From: Pelomyxa schiedti
Taxonomy: Eukaryota; Protista; Evosea
Reading direction: 5' to 3'
NCBI GenBank assembly: GCA_020536535.1
Contig: JAHLWZ010000566.1
Coordinates: 1 to 59,626 of the forward strand
Length of the DNA: 59,626 nt
The position numbers were made by a program, and so were the translations under genes. Below, in pieces: positions 38,335 to 56,100 of the stretch; the first letter of the stretch is position 1, and each line of letters opens with the position of its first letter. The notes under the pieces are model-generated. The model ran no database searches. It was not told where the DNA came from and saw nothing but the letters and a program-made list of their open reading frames with translations.

Positions 38335-39886
38335 ATGAGATCTCACGTTCTTCTTGGGATTTTACACATGGCGGTTGTGACGGGACTGTGCACGACGCGG
38401 CACCCCGTTGTTCTTATTCCTGGAGTGTAGGCATACCCGAAATTGACTGGTTTATTCATACTGAGCGTTTGGCGTTTTTTTAGAGGCGGAACTATATTAG
38501 AGGGTCTCTTGAACATTACAATCGGGGAAGGTATTGACGATCTGCCGTATGACATGTGTCCGAGAGTTAGGTGTGGCTATGTTCTCTTCTCCTCTTTTTT
38601 CCCCACTTAGGATTTGACTAAAATTGGACAGGGAATGGCATCGCTATTGGATAAAATGTAGTGACATGATCCCCGATGTTGACCAATGTGTTCAGTACTA
38701 TCTGTAATTTGTGAATTTCCATTGAAGTAGGTTTTTACTGGCAATACTAGAAGCCCGCAATGGATAAACGGCTCATTTCAGAATGCCCCTGGAGTAGATA
38801 TCAGGGTCCCACATTTCGGTGAGGATACTTACTAGTATCTACTATGGATGACTGTCAACAGGCGATACGGAGGCAATCGACATACTGGATCCAGAGCCGT
38901 TTTTGAGACAGTTTACACATTATTTTCATGAAATCATTCTAGCTCTTGAAGCAGAAGGTAATCTAATGCCCCAATCTGCACCAAACTCTTTTAGGTTATG
39001 TGGTCAAGGAAGATTTGTTTGGAGCAGGATTCGATTGGCGATGGTTCCCTACTGACGAGTGGGTTAAGCAACTTCAAACACTTGTGGAATTTGCTTACTC
39101 GCGCAAACAAATACCTGTTGATTTGGTTACTCACAGCCTTGGTGGACCATATTCCTATTACTTCCTTTCAGTAATGGTACTTCTATGTACTGAGAATATT
39201 TCCATTAAATATTTGTTTATACAGAGCGAATCTTGGAAGGATACGTACATCCACCAATGGATAACATTAGCATCACCATGGATTGGCTCCGTGAATTCTG
39301 TAATGGCTATTCTTACTGGTTATAACTTCGGTTTTCCTGTTTTGCCTATGTCCTACAGAAATCTGGAGAGAAATCTGCAATCCTCCTACTGTGCGTTTGC
39401 GCTTTTTTTTTTCCCCTCCTCTCATATTGTCATCTAGTCTTACTGCCAAATCCCAACTTCTGGGGCTCAACAACATTGGTGAAGACGCCAAGCAAGTCGT
39501 ATACAGCACAGGACTACCTTACTTTGTGGCGAGATGCAAACATTCCTCCTCAGTTCAACCAAGTAACTCTGGATGCTTTCAACTTCACATCCGACTTGCA
39601 TTTTCCGGCAACGAGGAAAATCCCAATGAAGTGTTTGTATGCCACTGGGGTCAGAACACCAGAAATGTTGCAGTACTTTGATTCCGATTGGGACTCATAT
39701 CCTAAGAAGCGGCATGGCGATGGAGATGGGACCGTCAATGTGAAGTCACTGGTGTATGCATGCGATATGTGGACCAGCCAAGGCTACGACGTCGAGACGC
39801 GGACTTACCCCGGAGTCACACATGTAGGCATTCTAGCCAACAACGCAGTGATCTCTTCTATCGTGGATTTTGTTTGTCAAGAATAA
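38335..39886 (+). CDS. LCAT / group XV lysosomal phospholipase A2-like acyltransferase; multi-exon
   Basis: Signal-like N-terminus, HPVVLIPG, LFGAGFDWR, VTHSLGG (Ser), GDGDGTV (Asp), GVTHVGIL (His). Confidence 0.9.
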
Positions 39887-39903
39887 AAGGAAAGCTCTCT
39901 TTA

Positions 39904-46001
<6,098 letters not shown>

Positions 46002-46237
46002 CGACCTCACAGAGCTCCCTCTCCTTTTTGCTCGAAATTCCACGATGGCGATTTCCCGTTTTCACACTCCGAAAAAGGCAGGGTACACCCACGCTTAGGC
46101 TCAGGAACCTGGGCCAAACCTCTGTACTTGAAACTCCTCATGTTCCTTGTGCCTTCTCCTCTCCAGAAGGTTCCTCCTCTGAGTCGGAGGTGCAATCAGG
46201 GCGAATTGCAGTCTCTGAAAGTCATAGTAATAAAGAA

Positions 46238-47587
46238 ATGTTCAGTGGGTTGACGTGTGTGGGGACGCTGACGGGACACACGGACCGGATCTGGCACGTG
46301 GCGTGGTCACCGGATGGGAGCATGGTGTCGTCGTGTGGAAGCGACAGATCCGTGAGATTGTGGTCCAGGAGGGGTGCCGATTGGGCTTGTGTGGCTACAC
46401 TCGATTTAGCACACGAGAGGACTGTATGTGCTGAGTTTTTTTCCTTTTTCTTTTTGCCTTATTGCCTTTTTTTTCCCCGTGTTTTCTTCTTTACTTACTT
46501 TATCATTGAGGTGCGTAGAACGGCGTGGTCTCCCGACGGAAAACTTTTGGCCGCTGCGTCTTTCGATTCATCTGTTTCACTTTGGGAACCTGGCGTTAGA
46601 CTTGGTAACTATTTTTACGTTTCAAAAGAGTCTCTGAATCCTCCTAGAAACCCCGCTCACCACTCTCGAGGGTCATGAGAATGAAGTCAAGTCCGTAACA
46701 TTTGATTCCACTGGTTCTCTCCTTGCCACCTGCAGTAGGGACAAGTCTATCTGGATTTGGAATGGTTTTCCCCTTCTCCTTTTCCTGGAGTGTCTGAGTT
46801 GTTAGTCGAGGATAAAACGGAACCCTCCTGTCTCTCAGTTCTTCGTGGTCACACTGGGGATGTGAAAACAGTGCTCTTCCAACCAAATAAGCAGGTTAGG
46901 AAAATCCTCAAACTAACGGCTACGAAATTAACATGTCATGAACAGCTTTTAGCTTCTTGCAGCTATGACAATACCGTAAAATTATGGAAAAGTGGAAACC
47001 CTGATTGGGTGTGTGTAGACACACTTGAGAGTCACTCGTCAACTGTGTGGGATGCTAGTTTTGATGCTACTGGGAATAGACTTGGTTGTTAGATTTTTTC
47101 TTTAATTCATATATTTCATATTAATCTTCCAACAGTTACTTGTAGTGACGATTGTACTCTCAACATCTGGCAAGACACCACTTCGACACCCACTTCTCCA
47201 TCTCCAAGCAACCCCATACCTCCACATACATGGAAGCAAGTCACCACTCTAGCTGGCTTCCATACACGGTCCATCTTTTCGGTTGCATGGTCACACGCAC
47301 CTCATGGTCTCATTGCAGCTGGTTCTGGTGACGACTCCATCACACTTTTCCAGGAGGTTTGTCCACACAACAATATTAATGAAGCCTACCAACGACTGAA
47401 CCACTAACTACATTTGGCACAACAGACTCCTGTTCCGGGTAGTAAGGATACTACATTCACACTCCTCAAGAGGATACCCAAGGCTCACGACTATGATGTA
47501 AACTGTGTTGCCTGGAACCCACGCCATCCTCACGTTTTGGCATCATGCGGAGATGATAATGTTATTAAAATATGGCACCTCACCTGA
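46238..47587 (+). CDS. CIA1: Cytosolic Fe-S assembly WD40 protein CIA1/CIAO1; multi-exon
   Basis: [94 protein letters not shown]. Confidence 0.92.
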
Positions 47588-47684
47588 GCTACACAACGGT
47601 TACCCATACCACAAATCCCAAAAATTACTTTTCTTTCAAATTTATCTCCAATAAACAATTTTTTTTCTCTTTTTTTTCCCTAGG

Positions 47685-49503
47685 TTACAAGAGTGAGACC
47701 ATATAAACAACACTCGCCACTGCAGAAGTAAGAAGCAAGCTTGGAAGCAAAAATGTAGTCACAGCCCCACAATAGCTTCTTCGCGCAACACTCACTCTGT
47801 CAGTCTGTGAGGGTTGCTGCTGTTTTTGTGCTGTGACCTGGGCCAACTCAAGAGGAGCTCCCTCCTGTGTAGCTTGTGTGTTGGTCTCATCACGCCGCTC
47901 CTCGCCGGGTTGAGTATCAGTGACATCACTGGTGGGGTTTGTGGTGTCCTCAGAAGGTAAGGGAGAAGAGGATTCAGCAGCAGTGGGTGTTGGGTTCTGG
48001 AGGGCAACACCAAGAGCGGGATTGGGGACAGCCTCTTCGCTGGCCGTGGTGTTGTTGAGGACTGGTAGTGAGATTGGGAGGATTGGGGACTCAGGGCTGC
48101 TGCTGTTGCTGGAAAAGTCAGAGCGGGGGCAAGTGTCAGTTGGGGAGGACTGCAATTCACTGCCAGAGGCACAGCATGAGTCAGAGGAATTTCCTCCAGA
48201 AGCGGAAAGGAAGCAGTCCGGGGAGCAGCTTCTGGATGACAGGGTCCTCTCGCTGTCTGAAGAGCCACTGTCCGCACTAGAAGAGCGGGGGGAAAGCGAG
48301 GGAGAAGAAGTGGGGGAGGACGAGGCGGAAGCTGAAGCTTGGTGTGTCAGGGACTGCACAACTTGCTGTTTGTGAACGTTAGGATGGAAAGATATGAGGG
48401 TAGGTAGAAACCTGGTGTGGAACGTAGGCTATGTTCACGTAGGGCTTCCCCACAATACTGGAAATGCGTGAAGAAATGGCACCTAGGTCATCAGTTGTGC
48501 TTTTGTTCCACACAGTTATTTGCATGCCAAATCGTCGCATTTGCATGACTAGCCCACACTAAAGGAAATAAGTTCGGAACTCAAGGAATAATTTGCTACA
48601 TACAATTTCAGCACCAAGGAGGTCATAAAAAAATGCAATTGCCAATGAAAACCAAATTCTGTGGAGTTCAGACTCTTTCTCATGTTTAAGAACAAAGGCC
48701 TAGGATTTGTTAGAAACTCCAAGAATTAGCTTCTACTTACAAATTTGCCACCAGATTGGTTCATTGGGTCCTCCCACACAGGGGCAATTCCGTCTCGGAA
48801 CAAATGAATGCTGCACTCGCCCGAATTGGCAGAAAAAGGGTTCACTTGGCGAGACACATACACCCAATGTTGCCAGAAGTCCTAGTGTGTACATTTAAGA
48901 AATCCAGTAAAATGACAAAAGTGGTATTACCTGCAAAGAATTTAATACAGGACTTCTGTGCAACGTCGAGAGCCAGTCACTTGCAGTGCATCCGACATGT
49001 GCCAAAGAAGACAGCCTATCCAATACCCCACTGCACCACATCACACATTTGGAAGTAACAGCCGGAGCTGCCGGAAACACTGCAGAATTGGCCTTAGATT
49101 TCTCTATAGAGTAACCGCAATAAGTTTTCACCGAACTTACAGAGATAGGAGAAGGGGCATAATAATAATAATAAAAATCCGAACCTGACGGATCCTCAGT
49201 TGAATTAATGGCAGAATGAATTAAGCTGCTTGACACCACAAGGAAAACGAATTCGTTCTGGTTGATGCAACTTGGGCACGACTTGGTGGGGCCTTCAGAG
49301 AACAGCCTCCCATAATAGTGCCCCCGCCTATCGCCCCTAGTCGACGAATGCTCATGAGACTTGGGCAAAGAATGGTGCTGCATTGTGTGCATTTTTTCCT
49401 CGGCAGGCGATGTTGTGGCAGCAGTCCCACAATTCCTCCATTTGTTGTTTGCTCTCCTCGCACTACCATTGCTGCTCTGCACCCTGGTTGATGGAACTGG
49501 CAT
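47685..49503 (-). CDS. eIF4E-family cap-binding protein with Ser-rich extension and C-terminal transmembrane segment; multi-exon
   Basis: Spliced SDWLSTL..LNSLQ/DFWQHW..IHLFRDGIAPVWEDPMNQSGGKF..CGLVMQMRRFGMQITVWNK..AYVPHQ/QVVQSL..; ends RRSYCGAVTTFLLPSLLLTSAVASVVYMVSLL*; start codon uncertain. Confidence 0.85.
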
Positions 49504-50011
49504 TGTGCCCTTGTCGTTGGTTTATTGGTTTGTTGTTGGTCTTGTTTTTTTTTGCTATGAATGACTGGATGTGTTGCCATTTTTCGTTTTAAAAAGGGGA
49601 AAAAAGGCAAACGAGCCACGTAGCCGCTCTTTTGTTGCCTTTTTTTTTCTTTGGTTTTTTTTTGACCGCGAAGATGATGACAGGGCATTTCCGTGATTTC
49701 TCCTTGATCTTACCGCTTTCGACCATCGGGAACATTGTGCAAAAAGGCCGGAACAAGACTGGAACAAAGTTCCAATGCATCCCATTGCAAACTCTTTTAG
49801 TTCAGTGCATGCGACTGTAATGTAATGTTTTTGGGTTGGGTACGGGTGTATTTGTGGAATGAGAGGATATCAGCCTGAGTTGGTGTACTGTGCGCACTTT
49901 CAAACGTAATTTGTATCACTTCGACGCGGGTGGCTAGCAGCTTGTGTGAATGAAGTAAAATCACAGGGGCCTTTGGGGAATCTTTGGAAAGGGGGAGGCA
50001 ACAGGCTACGT

Positions 50012-52087
50012 TCATGTGGTCGACATCATTTGCACTCTCTGCAAGGTCTTGAGATATTCATTAATTACTGTACTTTTCTTTATCATGTCCCAGAGTCTCG
50101 CCGCATTCCTCAACCTGAGATAAATGAGTACAGAAGTCCAATTAGAGCGTAAGTAAGGACACAGACCAATCACGCTGTGAAATCGGTCGAGCAAACGGGG
50201 AGACAGGCATTTCTAGAAGGGAGTGCACAACGTTGGACATGGCAAGGCTACTGCTTGTACTGCAGAAGCAGTCTTGGGCAGGCACTACAAAAACCGGAAA
50301 TGATTTCTCGGCCGTTGACGGGTACCCTTGCTGTGACGTTGATGAAGCTGTTGTTCCACTTGGTTGCGGTGATGCGTTTCGTCGACTGGATAAAAATCGA
50401 GTTTGTGAGAAGTACATGCCCACAGCTCGCTTCAACTCTGGGACAATGTTGTCACGATCAATACTGAGGTCATCATAGTAAGCATTATTGTAGACGAAGA
50501 CTTGAGATGCAAAATTAGAAATGGCGAAGAGAAAGGGCCAACCAAGATCAGAAGTGTATTCATCAAGTCCAGAGGCTTCCGTAGTGGTCGAGGTAAGGAG
50601 TGATGGATCTGGAATGTAAGCCTGCAAGTAAGTGATTTCAAGGTACAGACAGAATTTTACAGAGGTTATCTACCTTTACCATTTCGGCAGTCCTCAAGAG
50701 CCTCCACAAATTAAGATCAGTCAAGGCATCTTGGACTACTATCACTATGTGACAAACTGATATGAGCCAAACGGCAAGTTGGATAGACTAACATAAATAG
50801 AGATTAGTTTTAGATAGAATAGAGAGGAACAACCTGCAATTCCACGAGATTTTCGTAAGACAAAACGTTGGGAGGTAGTTGCGGTTGCTCTTTCATCAAT
50901 TTTGTAAGTTGATCTGGACTAAATGCACCTTGAGTATCTACAAGTAATAGTTGCTCAGGGGACAATGCAATGGAGGCACCAAGAGTAGGAGCGGGAGTGG
51001 CCTAAACGAGTTAAGGAGCACTGAATGGAATAGCTCAACATTACATCATTGACACCAAGCAAGTGTTGCATTAGCGCAGTTTTTCCTGCGTAAAGGTGAG
51101 ACGGGAGGGGAGGTCCCTACCAGTTTTTTTTTGAAAAAAAAAAAGGGAATCACCAACATCCTGCCTCCCAAAAACACCAATCACTTTCGCTTCTTTATCA
51201 GATAAACCGGGAATCTAGAAAAGAGGTAAGTACCGCACAAACTTCTCCAACATCTAACCTTTGGTGATTCTGAGAATAACATTGTCTGTTCCCCAATAAC
51301 TTTAATCCATTCAATGTCTGATGTATTGCACTGATTCCAACAATGTAATAGCCCCGTAATGAACGAGGAACTAACATTTGCAGTGGGACTAACTTCGCTG
51401 CCACAAGTCACTGTAGTACCAACAGAACTGCCTTGACTGTGAGACGCAGAAGTTGGAGATGACAGGATAGTTATTGGCGGTGCATGAGGGTACCGAGAAT
51501 GCGTAGGCGACTCCGGGCCCAGTGGAGGCGATACAACACCACGTGAGGAAAGCTGCTTTGCACCAAGAATAACAGGTATATTCACAACAGGTTGATTAAC
51601 CTTTTTTTTTTTTTTTTAAAAAAAAAAGGGGGTTATATGTATTTGTTAGTTGTATCACGGTCATTTGGAACAGGCACCAACCAAAACAAACACGCATGCA
51701 CATGAATACACGAATAGGCTGCAGCCACAGCCACAGCCCCAGCAGGACACACACATTTGGTTTTTGTTGATTCCGTCCCCTCTGCAGCACGTGCACGACA
51801 GGGGCGGCACTAGCAGCAACCCCCCGACCACCCACACCACCGCCACCACCACCACCATTGCCATGGACATTGGCATTGACATTGACATTTGCACTGGCAT
51901 TACCAGTGCTGTTGTGGATAGTCGACGGGGGGGAGGAGGCTGTGGGCAAAGGGGGGCTGGCGGGCGTGCTGGGGTTGGCGGGACACGAGACAACACCCAC
52001 GCGCCCCACGCCCACGGCCATGGGGACGACTCCCCCGCGGCCGACACCCACGTTGTTCGTTACGGTGCGTGGCGGTGTGGGCTTCAT
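50012..52087 (-). CDS. SMG9: SMG9-like nonsense-mediated decay P-loop protein; multi-exon
   Basis: VIGVFGRQDVG/KT P-loop; QLAVWLISVCHIVIVVQDALTDLNLWRLLRTAEM; RDW/LRNAARLWDMIKKSTVINEY. Confidence 0.85.
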
Positions 52088-52283
52088 TGGTTATTGGCTA
52101 TTGCAAGAAGGAACAGAGAGATGATTTGGTGGAATCATCACCCCCGCGAAATCACCCGCAACAGGAGGGGAGTTAAGGGAACTCCTACTCATACGGTGTT
52201 GTTTCAGTCATAGGAGCTTACCCTTGATCCTTAGGATGGAAAAGGGACCTGTCAATGAAGGGCCGAAAGTGTCTGTTTCTAGC

Positions 52284-52590
52284 TGTGCCGAGGTAGATTG
52301 GGTTTGGATAGTGACCCCCACACTGTGAGGTGTGCTGGGGTGTTGATGGTTGTTGGTTTACTTGTGTAGTAAGGGAGAAAGAAGCCCGAATACAAACACA
52401 AGAGTTTATTGCTTTTGCTTGGAATAACTACGATGGTGTTGTTCCCGCCTTATAAAGGCGCTAGAATCAGTTCTAGGTGTCGCCTGGATCTCCCTCAGGG
52501 TTCCAACAGATTCGCAGTAATGTTCCCAGAAATCCATCAGTGATTAGAACCGTACGTAGAACTACAGCGACGTGAAGTCACCTCGCCACA
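52284..52590 (-). repeat. 3' LTR (307 bp)
   Basis: Termini TGTGGCGAGGT...ACCTCGGCACA (11-bp inverted repeat, one mismatch); internal TTTATAA and AATAAA on the minus strand; matches 58791-58911. Confidence 0.9.
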
Positions 52591-52604
52591 ACACCCCCAC
52601 CACA
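52591..52604 (-). promoter_or_regulatory. Putative polypurine-tract region
   Basis: G-rich TGTGGTGGGGGTGT immediately before the 3' LTR; not purely purine. Confidence 0.5.
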
Positions 52605-52651
52605 ATTTAGGCAACACCTCGTGGTGTTGCGATTTAGCCTCCTGGTCATCG

Positions 52652-53161
52652 CTACACCTTCGCCTTGCTCCGCGCTGGCCGAGTTCGTTGCACCAGCAAC
52701 AATGAGGGTGGTTGTGCCTGGCTCGACGTGGCGTTGCTTCGAGGTTGCTCCCTCTGTCTTTCCACCACGTTCCCCTCGTTCATAGCGCGGAAATCTACGT
52801 TCCTCCTTCTCCTCAGAGAACGCTGGGTATGCTCCATCGGCCTATTTTTCTGGGGAGTAACTTGCTTAGCTTCTAGCTCATCCCCTTCGATCCTTTGACT
52901 CTCCTTGGGTGGAATCGGTTCAGGCATGCTCGGCATTGTAGGGTTACTGAGCTTGGGTCTCTCTGATGGTAAGTTGGCTTGCTTCTCAACTGGCTTACTC
53001 ACAGGCCTAGATTGAACTTCTGGCTCAATTCTCCTCCCAGCTTCATCAACTCTGAGTAGAACTGGTAATGGCTGTGCTGAAACTGGCTCATCCATGAATG
53101 CTGACTGATTCCACCTTGAGGCAGGTGCTGTAGGCACACTAGTCAGATGTGCTGCACTACC
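52652..53161 (-). CDS. Low-complexity ORF 3' of pol, in the -1 frame; probable pol C-terminal tail
   Basis: 161+ aa Pro/Gln/Arg-rich ORF (RSLRRRRNVDF); the frame opens ~6 codons before the pol stop. Confidence 0.45.
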   Translation of the reverse strand, partial: GSAAHLTSVPTAPASRWNQSAFMDEPVSAQPLPVLLRVDEAGRRIEPEVQSRPVSKPVEKQANLPSERPKLSNPTMPSMPEPIPPKESQRIEGDELEAKQVTPQKNRPMEHTQRSLRRRRNVDFRAMNEGNVVERQREQPRSNATSSQAQPPSLLLVQRTRPARSKAKV

Positions 53162-56100
53162 TCATTGTGACTAGAGTCTTGGTGAGCATCCTCCACAATT
53201 GGTGGTTGAATCTCCCGCCTCACTTTGGTTGCCTTAGGTTGCTGAGCCTCTTTCCTTGGTCTACCTCTCTTCCTAGCAGGTTGATTACAAGCTGTGCTTG
53301 ACTCAGCAGGTCGTTTCTGTTGCTTCTGTGCTTCCTCAGCCTTCTGTCTCTCCCACTCTTCTATGAGGTTGGGTAACACATTATCCCTTGTCATCCAGCG
53401 TGCCTCACCTCTGGTGTGACCCACCATTTTCACCTTGTAATGCACGAATGGACCTCTTATCCTCTCCCTGATGATCCTTTCCTGCACCATTGCTGTTGGA
53501 GGTTCCCTTCCTTGCTGCCTCCTGAGGTCACTCTCCTTGACTGGCTTCAACCTGTCCACATGCACTGTAGGGAAAATCGCTGATCTGCCAAAATCCAGTG
53601 TTCTTGTCAACTCTGTGGGCTTTGCTTGCACTCTGTATGGACCTAGCCACTTTGGCTCCCCTATTGCCCTCTTCCCTGGAGGCTGTTTCATCCATACCTG
53701 AGTACCCACTTCCATCTCTGCCTTCTTCTTGGCTAACCTTAGTTTCATCGAGAGTCTTTGCCTGGCCTTCTCAGCTTCCTGGTGGACCTTGACAGCTTCA
53801 GCCACGTTCTTCCTCTGTTCCATTAGCATCATCATGTAGTCAGACTGTGGTTCTGGCAATGGAGTAGCTCCTGTTGCAAGATCGAATGGTACCACTGGGT
53901 CTCTTCCATGGTCAATGAGGAAAGGTGTCTCCCCAGTAAGTGCACTCATTGTATTGTTGATGTCCATCTCAACCCAATGTAGGTTCTGGTCCCATGTGTC
54001 TGCCTGGCAGAACTTCTCAATGCATGCCTTGACAGTCTTCACTGCGTTTTCAGCAGCACCATTGCTCTGAGGATGGTATGATGTTGCTGGCAGTGACTTG
54101 ATCCCCCACGCTGCGTAGAACTGCTGACAGAACTCTCCTATGAATGATGGGTCTCTGTCACTGATGATGTTCTTAGGGCATGACTGTGTCCCGACCCAAT
54201 GCTTCTCAAACGCCTTGATGATAGTTCCTGGCTCCTTGTTCTTCAAGGTACAGACTCTGACTACCTTGCTGTATAAATCCACCATCACTAGACCTTCAGT
54301 TCGATCCTTTCTGGTCTGAGGCACAGGCCCAAACATGTCTATGGCTACATATTCCCCTGGGTATCTAGCTATGATCGATTTTGGCTGAAAAGATGCCCAG
54401 CTTCTCCTCTGCTGTTCACAGACAGTGCATGAGGCAATCCACTCTTTCACATCCTCATACATGTGAGTCCACCAGTACTTCCTGGCGACTGCTTGAAAGG
54501 TCTTCTCCGTGCCAAAGTGTCCTCCACCTTGGATCTTATCGTGATAGAACTCCAGTACTGTTGCCTTCCAACCTTTGGGAATACAGATCCTCTTGGTCCT
54601 AGACCTCTTTGGATTCTTGACAGGCTTGTCCAAGTGCCATAGAATCCCTTCATCCACCGTGAAGTAGCATGCCATAGCTTTCAGCTTGGCAGCCTTCCTG
54701 TCATTCATCCCTTCCAGGTCCCTCCCTAGACATAGCTCCCAGAATGGTCTCAAGGTTGGATCTGCTTTCTGATCCTCAGCTAACCCCTCAACAGAGATTG
54801 TTCCCATGTGGTGAGTTGCCTTCACTGCTGGTGGCTCCCTTTTGCTCCCCTCCTTGTCCTCCAGAGATACCCTGGTCAGACCATCACTGGTATTCTCCTT
54901 CCCCGGCCTATGCACCACAGAGTAATCATACTCCTGCAATGCTAAAGCCCACCGTGCAAGACGGGATCTGCCCTGCACCTTCGCTAGATTGGACAAGGCC
55001 CGAGCATCTGTCACCACAGTAAAGTGCCTTCCCCACAAGTATGGCTCGAATTTCTCCACTGCCACCACCACTGACAAAGCTTCCAGCTGAGGCATTGGAT
55101 AGTTCTTCTCGGCATCCCTCAGCTTCCTGCTGATGTAGGCAATGGGCACTGATCTCCCAGAAGCATCCTTCTGCGTTAGGGTTGCTGCTATGCTCCGCTC
55201 TGAAGCATCAGTCTCCACAAAGAACTCCTTATCCCAGTTGGGATAATGCAGGACTGGAGACTTTATCAACTCGTTCTTCAGTCTCTGGAATGCACCTTGC
55301 TCTAGCATTCCCCAGTGGAATTCTTGTCCCTTCTTCTTGAGCTCCTCCAAAGGTGCCGCTATCTCCGCGAAGTGCTTGATGAACCTGCGGTAATAGCTTA
55401 CCAATCCAATGAAACTCCTCACTTCCTCTAGGTTCTTAGGTGGCAAGATGGCTTGGACTGCTTTCACCTTAGCCGGATCTGGTAAGATTCCCTCTCTGCT
55501 GACAAGATGTCCCAAGTACTTCAGCTGGTGCCTGGCGAGTTGACACTTGCCTACATTCACCTGGAGTCCCGCTTTTCTCAGGCAATCAAAGACTTTCTGC
55601 ACCCACTCCAAGTGTGTATCCAAATTCCCCCTTGAGAAGATAATGACATCGTCCACATAAACAAGACAATGTGCTGGACTTAGCTTTGCTAGGATCACAT
55701 CCATGAGCCTCTGAAAAGTAGCTCCTGCATTCACAAGGCCATAGGGCATCACCTTAAACTGGTACAAGCCACTTCTGGTTCGAAATGCTGACTTTGCCTT
55801 AGATTCCTCTGTGAGCTCTATCTGCCAGTAGCCTGCCTTCATATCGAGTCCTGAGAACCAATCACAACCGCCAAGGGTGTCTAAGGTCNNNNNNNNNNNN
55901 NNNNNNNNNNNNNNNNNNNNNNNNNNNNNNNNNNNNNNNNNNNNNNNNNNNNNNNNNNNNNNNNNNNNNNNNNNNNNNNNNNNNNNNNGCCACTTCTGGT
56001 TCGAAATGCTGACTTTGCCTTAGATTCCTCTGTGAGCTCTATCTGCCAGTAGCCTGCCTTCATATCGAGTCCTGAGAACCAATCACAACCGCCAAGGGTG

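Noticed and set aside
49670-49770. ATGATGA box-C-like motif, possible C/D snoRNA
   Set aside because: No CTGA box D or terminal stem at a suitable distance
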